From assembly GCA_032718475.1 (NCBI GenBank), contig JAUCBJ010001619.1, positions 1 through 42,835 on the forward strand: 42,835 bases of DNA, given 5' to 3'. Source of the stretch: Nemertoderma westbladi (taxonomy: Eukaryota > Animalia > Xenacoelomorpha). Position numbers and translations under genes: made by a program. Below the pieces are notes generated by a model. The model was given only the letters and a program-made list of their open reading frames with translations. It was not told the origin of the DNA and searched no databases. How positions within the stretch are numbered: the first letter of the stretch is position 1; every line of letters begins with the position of its first letter. Shown one piece after another: positions 1-11,910 of the stretch.

Positions 1-28
1 TTACAAGTGCATTTCACGGATAGCGGTT
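1..28 (+). CDS. CUB-domain gene, partial internal exon (YKCISRIAV), truncated by window start
   Basis: Frame from base 2 reads YKCISRIAV, then donor GTAGGT at 29. Joins in phase 0 to the exon at 2494 to give a CUB-like C-x-x-x-I-x-V-P motif. Confidence 0.55.
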
Positions 29-136
29 GTAGGTGTCCTGTACTTCCCCAGCATATTATTTATATTTTGGCATTTATTCTAAAATAAGGTAGAGCTAATG
101 GTTTTCAATCGTGACTAAATACTTGTTTGGCCCTGA

Positions 137-2404
137 TAGTCCGGCAGCCACGTACCTCTTTTTGGCCCAACCGAAAATTTTTGGACGGATTACATTTTTT
201 GGATGTTTTGGTGTCTAGGGGTCCCTCTTAACATAAAAAAGTGGTTTATGGACTTTGACACCGTGGGCAATTTGAATTAATGACCCGTTTCTATGGACTA
301 CAGAAATTTCTTTGAAAGCTTGGCAATCAGAATTGAACTGGTTGCAATTTTGATCGAAAATATGAAAATTTTAGAGAAACTATTGAAGTGTTGCTATGGT
401 AACGAAGGCACTACAACTATCGCTGTATCTTTCCAAATGAAAACTACCGGTACTATGCTTAATGATATATTTGTTTTTTGGTTCGTCTGTGCACTTTGTT
501 AATAATGTTTTTCCCTAAATATTATGCACCACATCAATTTTGTGTAGAAGTATGGTTGGCAACAAATACCCGTATTCATGGAAACTACAGTAATTTATTG
601 CGGACATCACATCTGAAGCATTAAAAACCTTGACAGAAAATTATTACCTTAAAATGTATATATAAATCATTTGTCTCCAGCTTGTTTATTTAAGCATGAC
701 ACTTTTTTAATGCTAAATTTATAAAATTTAGTTAATGCATGGCGAATATGGAGACTATGCATTTTATATTATTCATTGTTTGATTATAATACTGTATAAT
801 ATTAGATTACGAAATGTTTGCGCATGAATCTTTATTGCAATTGCAGAATTCTGAGCAATCAGTTTGGTTTTTTCTGCAGGTGAACTTCTGCGATTTACAA
901 GGGATTTTGGAAGAACAGCTACACCGAATTAATTGCAAAATGCAAAAATGTAAAAAAATGTAAAAAAAATAATGATGTTCTAGAACACATATATTTTGTT
1001 TTAGAACATGTTGTTTAAATTGACTAATTTTATTAGAAATTATTTGTTATGTGTATTACATTGTTTAATTACATATAAACATTAAACGCTACCGATTTCA
1101 ATGCTTGCTAGCGATTTTGAAAGTTAGCTATTATTTTTTGAAAAAGCAACTTTAAGAACTAGCTACTACAAAACAAAATAACGTTTATGGGTACACATAC
1201 TATCTACATATTTTTTTACTAGCTATTTTTAAGCAGTTTTTTTTGCATATGACAATGTTCTAGAACATGTCCCGCGGCAAAAAAATATATTAATTTTTTT
1301 ATGGTATCTAGTATATTTTTTGTCTAGCTAGTGTTTTAAAAAAAATTTACTACCTATTTTTAAGCGCAGTTTTATTTTTTTCAAAAAATAAAAGATGCAG
1401 ATGACATTCTAGAATATTTTGTTACTTGCAAAGTAAAAAACTGTCACTAAACAATAACTGGAATTGAAAAGAGTAAATGAAAAGATGGAAGAAATCCATT
1501 CATGGAGATAATAAAGAAATAACAGCAACCTACCCTGTTGATTAAATCATACTGTTTAAATATTTATATGGTTAAATATAAATATCTTGAAACATGGTAA
1601 CAATGGTTTGTGTTATAAAATTGTAGTGTTATACGGAACTGTGACTCAAAGTATGTAGTACCCAACTCAAAATTTGGTATATATAAATATTATTATATCG
1701 TACTTTTGAAATATGGAACACAGGAACATACAGTAAAATCCACTCTAATCTACTTTGCTAAGGTACTTCTGCACTTTATTATCTGTACTATCCCTTACGG
1801 TATCGATTTATGAGACGGGTACAATAAAAAGAGATGCACAGTACAGTAGAAAGGAGCTAAACTGGAAATAACAAATATAGTTACCGTAGAAACATCAGCT
1901 GAATATTATAATCGCTGAAATTTGTAATCTTTAATAATTATGTTAGGTTAGGACATAAATATCAGCCCAATTTAGATTCTTAACCTTGTCTAAAGTTACA
2001 GAAAGGCCACGCTAATAAAATAAACATAATTTATCTAACGTTCCTGATTATTCTTGTAACTAATGGTATAATTAAAGGCGATTGAAATCGCAACACTAAA
2101 CTTTAATGCCGTCTCCATAGCAACAGGATCTAAAAATTAGACAAAAAAGATTGGGAATTTTTCGTAAATGAACTAAATTGACTTTGTAGAAGATTTTAAT
2201 CCATTATGACGTGCTGTTATGCAGTTGCTATGCCTTAAATGAGAATTACGTGGTCCTTAGCAACTAGGTCGTTATTTCAAAATGCCCAAAGTCAAAAATG
2301 TTATAATCGCCATTCCTCATTAAGTGGGACCTATAGAACTCAAAACATCAAAAAAATTAAATCCGTCCAAAAATTTTCGGTATACCATTGTGGCTGCCGG
2401 ACTA
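137..2404. mobile_element. Non-autonomous TIR DNA transposon, Academ-like, in an intron of the CUB gene
   Basis: Imperfect TIRs TAGTCCGGCAGCCAC...CCGAAAATTTTTGGACGGAT at 137 and the reverse complement ending at 2404. 3-bp TSD TGA at 134-136 and 2405-2407. No transposase ORF. Superfamily inferred from TAG..CTA termini and the 3-bp TSD. Confidence 0.75.
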
Positions 2405-2493
2405 TGATTGTAGAAGACGCTAAGAGATCCCTGGTTGACACATAAAAATTTGTCAATTCCTAAAAGTATTAAAATGTTTGATTTTATTTCCAG

Positions 2494-2609
2494 CCCGAAT
2501 CAGACCGAGCTGTTCGATTGCAGTTTACTGATGTTGCCGTGAATAACGTCAATGATGAATATTGCGCCAAGGAATATTTCAGTACTAAAGTGGGATCAAC
2601 ACAAACAAA
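2494..2609 (+). CDS. CUB-domain gene, internal exon (PESDRAVRLQFTDVAVNNVNDEYCAKEYFSTKVGSTQT)
   Basis: Acceptor TTTTATTTCCAG, donor GTAAGT, 116 nt, open frame. VRLQFTD...C.KEYF resembles the CUB core. Confidence 0.75.
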
Positions 2610-4020
2610 GTAAGTGATTTGTGTTGAATCAGTTGGCCTGTGTGTTAAACTGTATAATTTTGAGTTATTAGAGTATAGTTTTGAGTTTTGTTATACTTAA
2701 CACCGTCAGTTTAGCTTTGCGGTATTTCGGATATTTAGGATAGTACCCGTAGTACGTAGAATAAAGGAAAATGTGGGTCGAGCCAAATGATTGGATATGT
2801 TATCCATTTCAGGTATAATCTTTTAAAGGAGAGTGACTTCACTATCTTACACCAGTTACGTTTGAAATAATATTTAATTTCGCCAATTTATTTAATAAAA
2901 ATTTTCTTTACAAAATCATAATTTTTAATTTTTAATTCATAATACTTAATAGTAATCATAATTGTAAAGAAGATATTTCAATTGTATTAACCATGTATAT
3001 TGCATGTACAGTGTTGTAGCTTTTCTTTTCAAAAGCAGAACAATTAGGCCTAAGCTGATATAATACCTACATATTACGTTGCATATTTTTACAGCCCAGA
3101 ACATTATATTTCACAAGAGGACGACAGTCAACATATCTTATTCATTGTATCTGTGCATTTTATATTACGGCAACCTCAGAAACAAATACTGTATATAATT
3201 TATAATAAATATTAAGTGATCCCGCGCTAAGACAACTAATTGGTTATACCGGTAGAGGCAACAAACGCAATTTGCAATAATTTTTGAATGATGTGGATGA
3301 TAATTTTTAATATTAATGAAAAACAACATAAATTAATATGGTATACATTTTTGTTTTTATCATGAATCGTTTCGAATCGTTTCTTTTTTGAAATATTACT
3401 TTTTACATATTATAGTATTTTTCGTCCCACCAGACAAGCAGCAAAAATGATAGACGCGTCACCACGAATGATTTTTATCGAGTTGTATCGTGATCGGCGA
3501 CCTTAAAAACCGGCATAGCTTAATTACCAAATCAAAGGCAAGGTTTAACTGTTTGTAATTGTTTGCTACTTGTACTTTTCGTTCTGGAGCACCAGAACGG
3601 CACCAAAATTAGCTTTGCATTATCAGAAATATTTATGAATAGTTTCATCGTGATCAGAGACCTCGATAATCCGTATACCTTCAAAATTATCAAACCAAAC
3701 ACAAAATGTTTCAGTTTCAAATTATTTTATTTACAGTACTTGTACTTTTCGTCCTGGGGGACCAAAATAGCACCAAAAATGATGGTCACATTGCCAGAAA
3801 ATATTTTTATCAAGTTTTATCGTGATCAGCGACCTCAAAAACCCTTATACCATTAAAATTTTGTTTTTTGAGCCAATATCTAAAATGACCCCCACCCCCC
3901 GGGCTAATTACGGTGTGAAATAGACCGGGCCAGATAGGGTTAAGAACATGTGCCAACTACTACAACTGCCACTAACAAGTAAACAATCGGCTGAAGCCGG
4001 AGGCGAACCGAAGGCGAAAC

Positions 4021-5460
4021 TCCTATCTGCTACCCGAAGGTAGGGGTGGGCGCTATTCCTATCTGCTACCCGAAGGTAGGGGTGGCCGCTACTCCTATCT
4101 GCTACCCGAAGGTAGGGGTGGGCGCTACTCCTATCTGCTACCCGAGGGTCGGGGTGGGCGCTACTTCTATCTGCTACCCGAAGGTAGGGGTGGGTGCTAC
4201 TCCTATCTGCTACCCGAAGGTAGGGGTGGGCGCTACTCCTATCGCTACCCGAGGGTCGGGGTGGGCGCTACTCCTATCTGCTACCCGAGGGTCGGGGTGG
4301 GCGCTACTCCTATCTGCTACCCGAGGGTAGGGGTGGGCGCTACTCCTATCGCTACCCGAGGGTCGGGGTGGGCGCTACTCCTATCTGCTACCCGAGGGTC
4401 GGGGTGGGCGCTAATCCTATCTGCTACCCGAGGGTCGGGGTGGGCGCTACCATATCTGCTACCCGAAGGTAGGGGTGGGCGCTACTCCTATCTGCTACCC
4501 GAAGGTAGGGGTGGGCGCTACTCCTATCTGCTACCCGAAGGTAGGGGTGGGCGCTACTCCTATCTGCTACCCGATGGTCGGGGTGGGCGCTACCATATCT
4601 GCTACCCGAAGGTAGGGGTGGGCGCTACTCCTATCTGCTACCCGAGGGTCGGGGTGGGCGCTACTCCTATCTGCTACCCGAGGGTAGGGGTGGGCGCTAC
4701 TCCTATCTGCTACCCGATGGTAGGGGTGGGCGCTACTCCTATCTGCTACCCGAAGGTAGGGGTGGGCGCTACTCCTATCTGCTACCCGAGGGTCAGGGTG
4801 GGCGCTACTCCTATCTGCTACCCGATGGTCGGGGTGGGCGCTACCATATCTGCTACCCGAAGGTAGGGGTGGGCGCTACTCCTATCTGCTACCCGAAGGT
4901 AGGAGTGGGCGCTACTCCTATCTGCTATCCGAAGGTAGGGGTGGGCGCTACTCCTATCTGCTACCCGAATACAGGGGTAGGCGCTACTCCTATCTGCTAC
5001 CCGAAGGTAGGGGAGTGCGCTACTCCAATCTGCTACCCGAAGGTAGGGGTGGGCGCTACTCCTATCTGCTACCCGTAGGTAGAGGTGGGTGATATTCCTA
5101 TCTGCTACCCGAAGGTAGGGGTGGGCGCTACTCCTGTCTGCTACCCGAAGGTAGGAGTGGACGCTACGCCTATCTGCTACCCGAGGGTAGGGGTGGGCGC
5201 TACTCCTATCTGCTACCCGAAGGTAGGGGTGGGTGCTACTCCTATCTGCTACCCGAAGGTAGGGGTGGGCGCTACTCCTATCTGCTACCCGAAGATAGGG
5301 GTGGGCGCTACTCCTATCTGCTACCCAAAGGTAGGGGTGGGCGCTACTCCTATCTGCTACCCGAAGGTAGGGGTGGGCGCTACTCATATCTCTACCCTAA
5401 GGTAGGGGTGGGTGCTACTCATATCTGCTACCCGAAGGTAGGGGTGGGCGCTACTCCTAT
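4021..5460. repeat. 36-bp minisatellite, about 40 copies (CCTATCTGCTACCCGAAGGTAGGGGTGGGCGCTACT)
   Basis: Directly visible tandem repeat with a few shortened units. Each unit contains a CTACC-CGAA-GGTAG hairpin. Confidence 0.97.
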
Positions 5461-5560
5461 CGACTCCAAGGGATGATACGGCTGAGTGAACCCTGGTGAG
5501 AATCGAACCTACAACCAATAGATTGGAGTCCCGGCGCTCAACGAAATCAGCTAAACTAGG
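5461..5560 (-). mobile_element. tRNA-derived SINE head
   Basis: Minus strand reads TAGCTGATTTCGTTGAGCG (A-box-like) ... GGTTCGATTC (B box), then GGTTCACTCAGCCGTATCATCCCTTGGAGTCGATA, which resembles a conserved SINE central segment. Confidence 0.65.
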
Positions 5561-5916
5561 AATATTGTAGGAAACCCAATTTAATTGAGAATAAACCGTC
5601 AGATGTATAGGCCTTCCAGCTTAACATCATCATATAGTTATAGGCGCAGGTGTAGGTGTAGCATTTACCCCCCCACCCCCCCCCCCCCTAATTTAAATAT
5701 TCCTTTCATAGAGCAACTCAATTATATTTTTTTCATAAATAAACGTACCGGTACTGCAATTATTATGCCTCTCGGCTACAATATTATACACATAAACTTG
5801 TAAAGATGACTCATGTGCACACCATCATGTAATTTTAACCAAAAATAAAACTATATGACATTCAATTTACTTAACTAATTGTTTTCACATAATAATTCCT
5901 CTTTGAATTTCTCTAG

Positions 5917-6076
5917 GATGTGCTCTACAACATCGCAGTTCCAACTCCGCCTTTACAACGGTAAGGTCATTTCCTTTCCCCGCGGGCAGACTGTTACCGC
6001 CGAGAGTTACACGGGCTACAAGCCATATGGCGACAACACGGTAGACAAATTTAAAATTCTCGTCACCTTCGTATAA
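5917..6076 (+). CDS. CUB-domain gene, last coding exon (KMCSTTSQFQLRLYNGKVISFPRGQTVTAESYTGYKPYGDNTVDKFKILVTFV*)
   Basis: Acceptor TTTCTCTAG. Phase 2 matches exon 2494-2609 (AA+G = Lys). Completes a CUB-like pattern (xxC...IS...FKI.V) and ends at TAA. Confidence 0.7.
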
Positions 6077-7177
6077 ACAGTCGGTGTAACGCAACTCACA
6101 TTAATGACTTAATCTCTATTTATAGCAGAGTATTTATTGCTTCACACCGTCATATACAACGACGGGCTGGGTTGTTGGGTCTATGTGGTCTAAACTGGAC
6201 ATTCACTATTTTGTTGGGTGGATTGGTTTGTTGGGTGTCTAGCTTTGTATAATATTCTAAATATATTGTAAACATTCCTATAATAGGAGTTTTAAAATAA
6301 ATAAATAGTCTTACATAGACTACAGTAGAAGGTACCAACTCAGATGAGACACGGTGGAAATTTGCGCAAATCACATCTCATCGAATTGATATCTCGATGA
6401 ATAAACGATGTTAATTTTCAATTAAAGGAAAAGAGCAGGTTACAGGGACTCGACTGGAAATGTATTGTCGCGCCCTGAAGTCGACTTGCCGTTTGGTTAA
6501 CAACTTTAATTTAACAATAAGATGGCCCCTTATGATGTTAGGCAAGTGATAGTTCTGTCATGTCAGTGATGGGTAAGTGATTGTGCCCTTAGCGCCTACA
6601 ACGGCATACTCATGCGTACAGGTGGGACAATACCCCCCCCCCCAGTGGAGATGGTTCCCCTATGACACTGCACGAGAGATGTCTCTGATGTAGAGAAAAA
6701 TATCAAATATGCTGTGAACAAGTAAGTTTACCATTAAAATTCATATAACCCAAGTTTTTATTTAGTACTATAACTGCGGACGGCCTATTATAGACATATA
6801 TTTGTCGTAATTTATCTACACCTCGTACCAACATTGATTGTGAACCCTCGTACAAGTAGCCAATGCAATAGACCTATAGAACCAAGCCTTCGGAATAAAC
6901 AACCTTTACAATAGTGTATCCTTAATATAAACTTGATATTGGATGATCTTTGTGCCAATATTTTTTGGAAATGCTAAAGTTTAGTTGGTCCGATCTGATA
7001 TAAAACTATTGTGTGTTTGTTATATTGTGTGATTATATTATTATTTATTTTTGGATTTTTAGCACATTATTTCTGTATATTATAATCTATTATATATTCA
7101 CAAATATTAGGTATTATTATATTATGTATCAATATTTTGTTTGAGTTGAAATTTTGTTTGAAATTTCTAAGAAAGCT

Positions 7178-8938
7178 ATGAAATCGTCTGCTAAACTGAG
7201 TAAAAAGACAAAAGTTGGCGTAACAGGGTTAGAGAGTTTAGAGTCTGGCCAATGGTTTGAAGAGGATGGAGTTTGGGCATATAAAGAGTACACTGGGTCA
7301 GAGAAGCAGCGCCTTCCTCCCCATCTCTTATACAGACAGGATATCAAATCCGGGTACGAAACATCTTTACCGAGCATATCTCTCGTATGCGCGCGTAGCC
7401 AATACAAAACAGCCCACAAACTGCACGTGAAGCTCTACAACGAATTTAGGAGGAAGTCAACAATCGTTTATTTTGATAACGATGAGTCGTATTTATTAAC
7501 TTTGGAAGAATTTTCCACAAAGTTTATGTCTTGGTTGCGCTGGCAAAAGAAGCTGTCTGTTGATACAGTTGTGTTGTTGGTGAGTGAGGAATTAGCGGAC
7601 TGCAAAGGGAAAGGTCTTAAAAGGGTTGTAGATCTTGTGCCAACACTTAAGAAGAGTATTAATGAAGTTAATAAGAATGAGGGAAGATTGAGTGATATTG
7701 AAGATTGTAATCCTCCGACATTCATTGATTTGGTGTTAAAAGCCGCGAGGTACACTATCCTTGTAGAAATGGATCCGCCAGCTAGCAGTCAGCATCTTTG
7801 GCTATCAGCGTTTATGAATGGTAGACAGACTACAACTATTAAAGCCCCGGGCCCAGAGTTTTTGGAATCAGCGAGCAAAATTAACGAGTTCTTATTGAAA
7901 ATATATCCTCAAGTTTCTCAACCTTGTCTAACATATTTGGTGGAAATCGAACCGAAATTACAATTCTTTAACTCGGATAAACAGATTGAGGATGAAATCA
8001 TCGATGTTGTTTTAGAGATATTTGGAACAAAATTTATGAGTGGAAGAGTCCCGTTAAACATTTTACCAAGCGAAGACCATATCGTAAACGACCAGGAATC
8101 CACCGCCTTCCGCTTAGACCTCGGTAACCTTGGCGACGACATACTAAACATAATATTGACCATTACTGTTCCGGAATCATCCGCCCCTATACATATTGAG
8201 ACTCTGCAATTAATCGATATTATCCGTAACAAGACCACCGTATTTGTCGTAAACAGCACGTTCAATGCCAACCATCAAAATGTTTGTATATATCCAATCC
8301 CTAGCGACAACCTCAATTATAAGTTAGTGTTCTTAGGGGATCCCGGATCTGGAAAAACAAGCATCATATCTAAGTACACTAAAGGCACAGCAGTAGAACA
8401 AAAAATATACAGACCATCCATTGGAGTTGGTTATAAGGCTGTCGACTTTTCCAGAGAAGATGGAGACGTGACGTTAATGATTTACGACACGGCAGGCAGT
8501 GAGAAAAGGAATGACTCAAGCGGTGTGTTTATGCTGCTGACAAAGCAATACTACAGCGGAATTTTACGTTATTCTTCCTGTGTGGTTCTAGTAGTCGATA
8601 TATCGACACAATCCAACATAGACTTTGCAAGAAATATAGATTATTGGACGAACACTATCAAGAGTTACGCCCCAGAAGGGACTTTTATTTTAGTTATCGG
8701 CAACAAATCGGATGTTTCTAGACCACAAGATGAGATTGATATACTACGTAAGATCTGCATGCGAGAGAGGATTGGGTTCATTCCAGTTAGCGCCGTTACC
8801 GGATCGGCTATCCGAGACATGTTTCGCACGATTGTAGATGTACTGGTGGACAGGAAAGTTAGAAGCAGATATCAAAGCAAACTGATTCCCTCGGAAATTC
8901 TATCAAAAGGACCCCAGACTGTATCGGCGTATAACGAG
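7178..8938 (+). CDS. Rab-Roc-COR-TIR gene exon 1: unassigned N-terminus, PLAT/LH2-like domain (~7930-8295), Rab/Ras-like GTPase (~8315-8855), pre-Roc linker
   Basis: First ATG at 7178. Motifs G1 GDPGSGKT, G2 YRPSIG, G3 YDTAGSE, G4 GNKSD, G5 VSAVTG. Ends IPSEILSKGPQTVSAYNE (typical pre-Roc helix) at donor GTTGGT. Confidence 0.88.
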
Positions 8939-9534
8939 GTTGGTTAGGAATTCGTTAGATTTTAGATCATATATCAAGGATGGGGCGGGATTAGTTAGAT
9001 TTGTAAGATAATGCACTATTAGGGGTCATTCAAGTATTACCGTCATCACTTGTCGGTGGGTGGGTGGGTTTCGGCTGGTTGATGACCAATGCTTATTATT
9101 TTACTTATACTTATACTATATGCCAATACTTATCCGTTGGTTAATTTAATGCCTCCTCCTCATATACATTTTTACTTTTTACATTATACAGCTAAATGGT
9201 TTCACAATATTAAAATTAATTACAAACAGGGAACATTGCTTAAATTTACAATGTATTCTGATAAAATTCCGTAATCTAAACTAGATCTGAGTCAAATTTA
9301 AAAGCATCACATAATGTAAAAACCTATAAAATGCTATGAAATTTTCAAATTAATTAAAAATTATGCGAAATAAAATATGTAAAATGTTACCCAATGAAAG
9401 TTCGCTGTTACTCTGAAGCTGAGGTCATTTCCCAACTCTAATTTCCACAGCCGTAACGAGTGTAAATGTTTAATGGCCATCACCATTGCAAAATAATCCA
9501 AAAAATAACTTTAAATTTGTTTTTTCTTCACCAG

Positions 9535-9771
9535 GCCTGTCGTAATGGGGTGAAGCCGGTATATCGAACCAGATTAATGCTCGTGGGACAGGATAGGGCG
9601 GGTAAAACAAGCGTTAAAAGGGCGTTGCTGCAGCAACCATTTAATTCCAATGAGATATCCACAGACGGAATAGACGTGACAACCGAATTCACTGTTGCCA
9701 TAACAGAATCGATGTCATGGAAACAGTCAATGGATAAATTTAATAGAGATGTATCAACCACCAATATAAAG
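9535..9771 (+). CDS. Rab-Roc-COR-TIR gene exon 2: Roc P-loop and switch I
   Basis: Acceptor TTTTTCTTCACCAG, donor GTAAGA. RTRLMLVGQDRAGKTS and STDGID are Roc motifs. Phase 0/0. Confidence 0.92.
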
Positions 9772-9917
9772 GTAAGAAATTTAACTTAGGAAATATTAGT
9801 GTTTATTTCGATAACTAAGAAATTAATTGATCCCGATCTCTTATAAGTAGACATGATGATGTAATGGGACAGTCTCTCTCCCCCATAGAATGTAACAACT
9901 AATGCAACGTTGTTACA

Positions 9918-10418
9918 CTACCGTTTATGTATTCCAAGTTGAGTTGCGCAAACGGGACAGAAATGATGAACATCTTTAAAATCTTTCGCACACAACGGTA
10001 TTAAACAACAACACAAACAGAATCCAAAAATACAGCAAAGGCACGTTGAGTACCAACTGAGGTCCCCGTGTTTATACTGGACAGTGGTCTTTACTTTACA
10101 GTTACAATACGGGCAGGCTAACACCACTGGCTTATCGCCTAAGTAAGCCACCGCTCCTATTGGCTGGCTGGCAATCCCTTCATGGCTGACCTTGTAGGAT
10201 GTGGATGGAGGTACGGTAATGGGTGGGTGGCATTTATTGTCTGCGGTGAGCACTGGGGCTACAATTAAATTATTATTGGTTGGTATTAATGGAGCTTTTA
10301 TATCACTGGTTGATAAAAGTTGGTCTTTCATACCATTAGTTGTTAATAGCAATGAGTCTTTTTGGTCTTCGTCTGCTAGTTCTAGATGTTTTTTGGCTGC
10401 AGCTGTATTATAGTACAT
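9918..10418 (-). CDS. LITAF-domain (zf-LITAF-like) protein, coding region intronless, nested antisense in intron 2 of the Roco gene
   Basis: CPYC ... hydrophobic Cys-rich stretch CLCCIFGFCLCCCLIP ... KDVHHFCPVC...LG is the LITAF/SIMPLE signature. Confidence 0.92.
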   Translation of the reverse strand: MYYNTAAAKKHLELADEDQKDSLLLTTNGMKDQLLSTSDIKAPLIPTNNNLIVAPVLTADNKCHPPITVPPSTSYKVSHEGIASQPIGAVAYLGDKPVVLACPYCNCKVKTTVQYKHGDLSWYSTCLCCIFGFCLCCCLIPLCAKDFKDVHHFCPVCATQLGIHKR

Positions 10419-11910
10419 TCAGAAGTTGAATATTATACAATGAGAATATTTTGATTCAATCCGGTTCACATATGAATAATAGAAAATGGTGACTTCATTA
10501 TTTTAAAGGTCAGTGATAAATTCAAATAATATATACATTCATAAATAAGTAATTCAATAATACATATTTGGGATTGTTTACCAATTCTATTAAAAAGATT
10601 TGGGATTGATTAATTCCAGTACAAATTACTGATAATTAATAAATTAATATATTTGATATTTGTTCAATTTAAATTATAATTTATGTTAAATCAAATATCA
10701 TATTTTTGACGAATTCGAATATACATTTTGTAAATACATTATATTTTTAACTCAATTGAGAGTAATACAGCTGCATAAAATTCCAGAACACATTGGCCAG
10801 TTGAAATAATAATTATACAATGAAAATATTTATGTGAATTGGGTTGCCTTGTGTGTTAATTAGTAATGACATTAACGATATTGACAATTAATAACCACTA
10901 TATCCAGCATATCACATTTAATAATAATATGTCCCTGATAGCTATTAAATATCCCATATAATATACAGTGCATAATGTTTTAAGAACTACAGTACAACAT
11001 AATAATAATAATCCGTAGCTACACTAAGAATTCGCAAGCATTACTAATTTTTTCTTATAACAATATTCTAGAACAATAATTTTTTGAAGATACAATTTGG
11101 TAAATGTCACAGCGACATCTAATAGTCAAGTTAATCTAGCCAAAAAATGGTGTAAACCCACAACATATTCGAAATTCATCCAAACCTATTTTTTTATTCT
11201 ACATTACTTTGTTAATACCTCCAAAAATCTATAAAAATATATTATGCTGATCACTTTCAATTTCCGGTTTCTTTCCTTAGCAACATGGATTTTACATAGC
11301 AACAAGGGGTCTATTGATGGGATTTTCTCCAAATTTGGTACAGACAAACTTTACTCTAATGACTATCGATTGACAGAAGTATTCACTTCTATATAATTAC
11401 CAATTTAGTTTCCAGAGCAACGGAAATTTGTCTAATTATTTAACTATTTTTAATACCAATTTTGCTGGAACAATATAACGACCTTATTTACACAACTTCT
11501 CTACTAAACGGGTGGATGTAACCTCGCCCATCGGATTTATCGACCTCAAAAACCCTTATCCCCAAAAAATTATATGATATATTATATTATATACTGTTGT
11601 GGGTTTTAAACAAAAACAAATAAATAAATTACACCTAAAATCAATAAGACAATCACAATTTTATTATGTGAAAAATCTTCTCTAATAATAAATCTATAAT
11701 AAATATAATAATAATAATAAATCTAATATGAAAAATCTTCTCTAATATAACATGAAATGAAATTATAAAATTTCCTTAAAGTGGAATTGTCTAAATTTTT
11801 TCAACAGTTATTATATTAATATATCCTGAAATATATTTAAAAATTGGATGCGACTTCTAGTTACCGAGATACACCGAGATAGCAACCAATCTGTAACTCG
11901 CCAGTGTAAA

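Noticed and set aside
3420-3943. piggyBac-like element ending AGGGTTAA
   Set aside because: Only one terminus found; no matching TTAACCCT left end, so boundaries cannot be supported.
4046-5405. ORFs with PICYPKVGVGAT repeats; possible CRISPR array (36-bp repeat)
   Set aside because: Units are head-to-tail with no unique spacers, no cas genes are present and the context is eukaryotic. The ORFs are by-products of a stop-poor repeat.
5480-5560. Functional tRNA gene (CCA anticodon-like)
   Set aside because: Stems pair poorly and it runs into SINE-like sequence, so it is treated as a SINE head.
6640-6721. Extra upstream coding exon of the Roco gene (donor GTAAGT at 6722)
   Set aside because: An in-frame stop at 6686-6688 if spliced to 7172, with no in-frame ATG after it. 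At most a 5' UTR exon, not testable here.
7154-8947. Stand-alone 597-aa large Rab gene
   Set aside because: No C-terminal prenylation Cys. The end is a pre-Roc helix with an in-phase donor to the Roc exon, so it is better explained as exon 1 of the longer gene.
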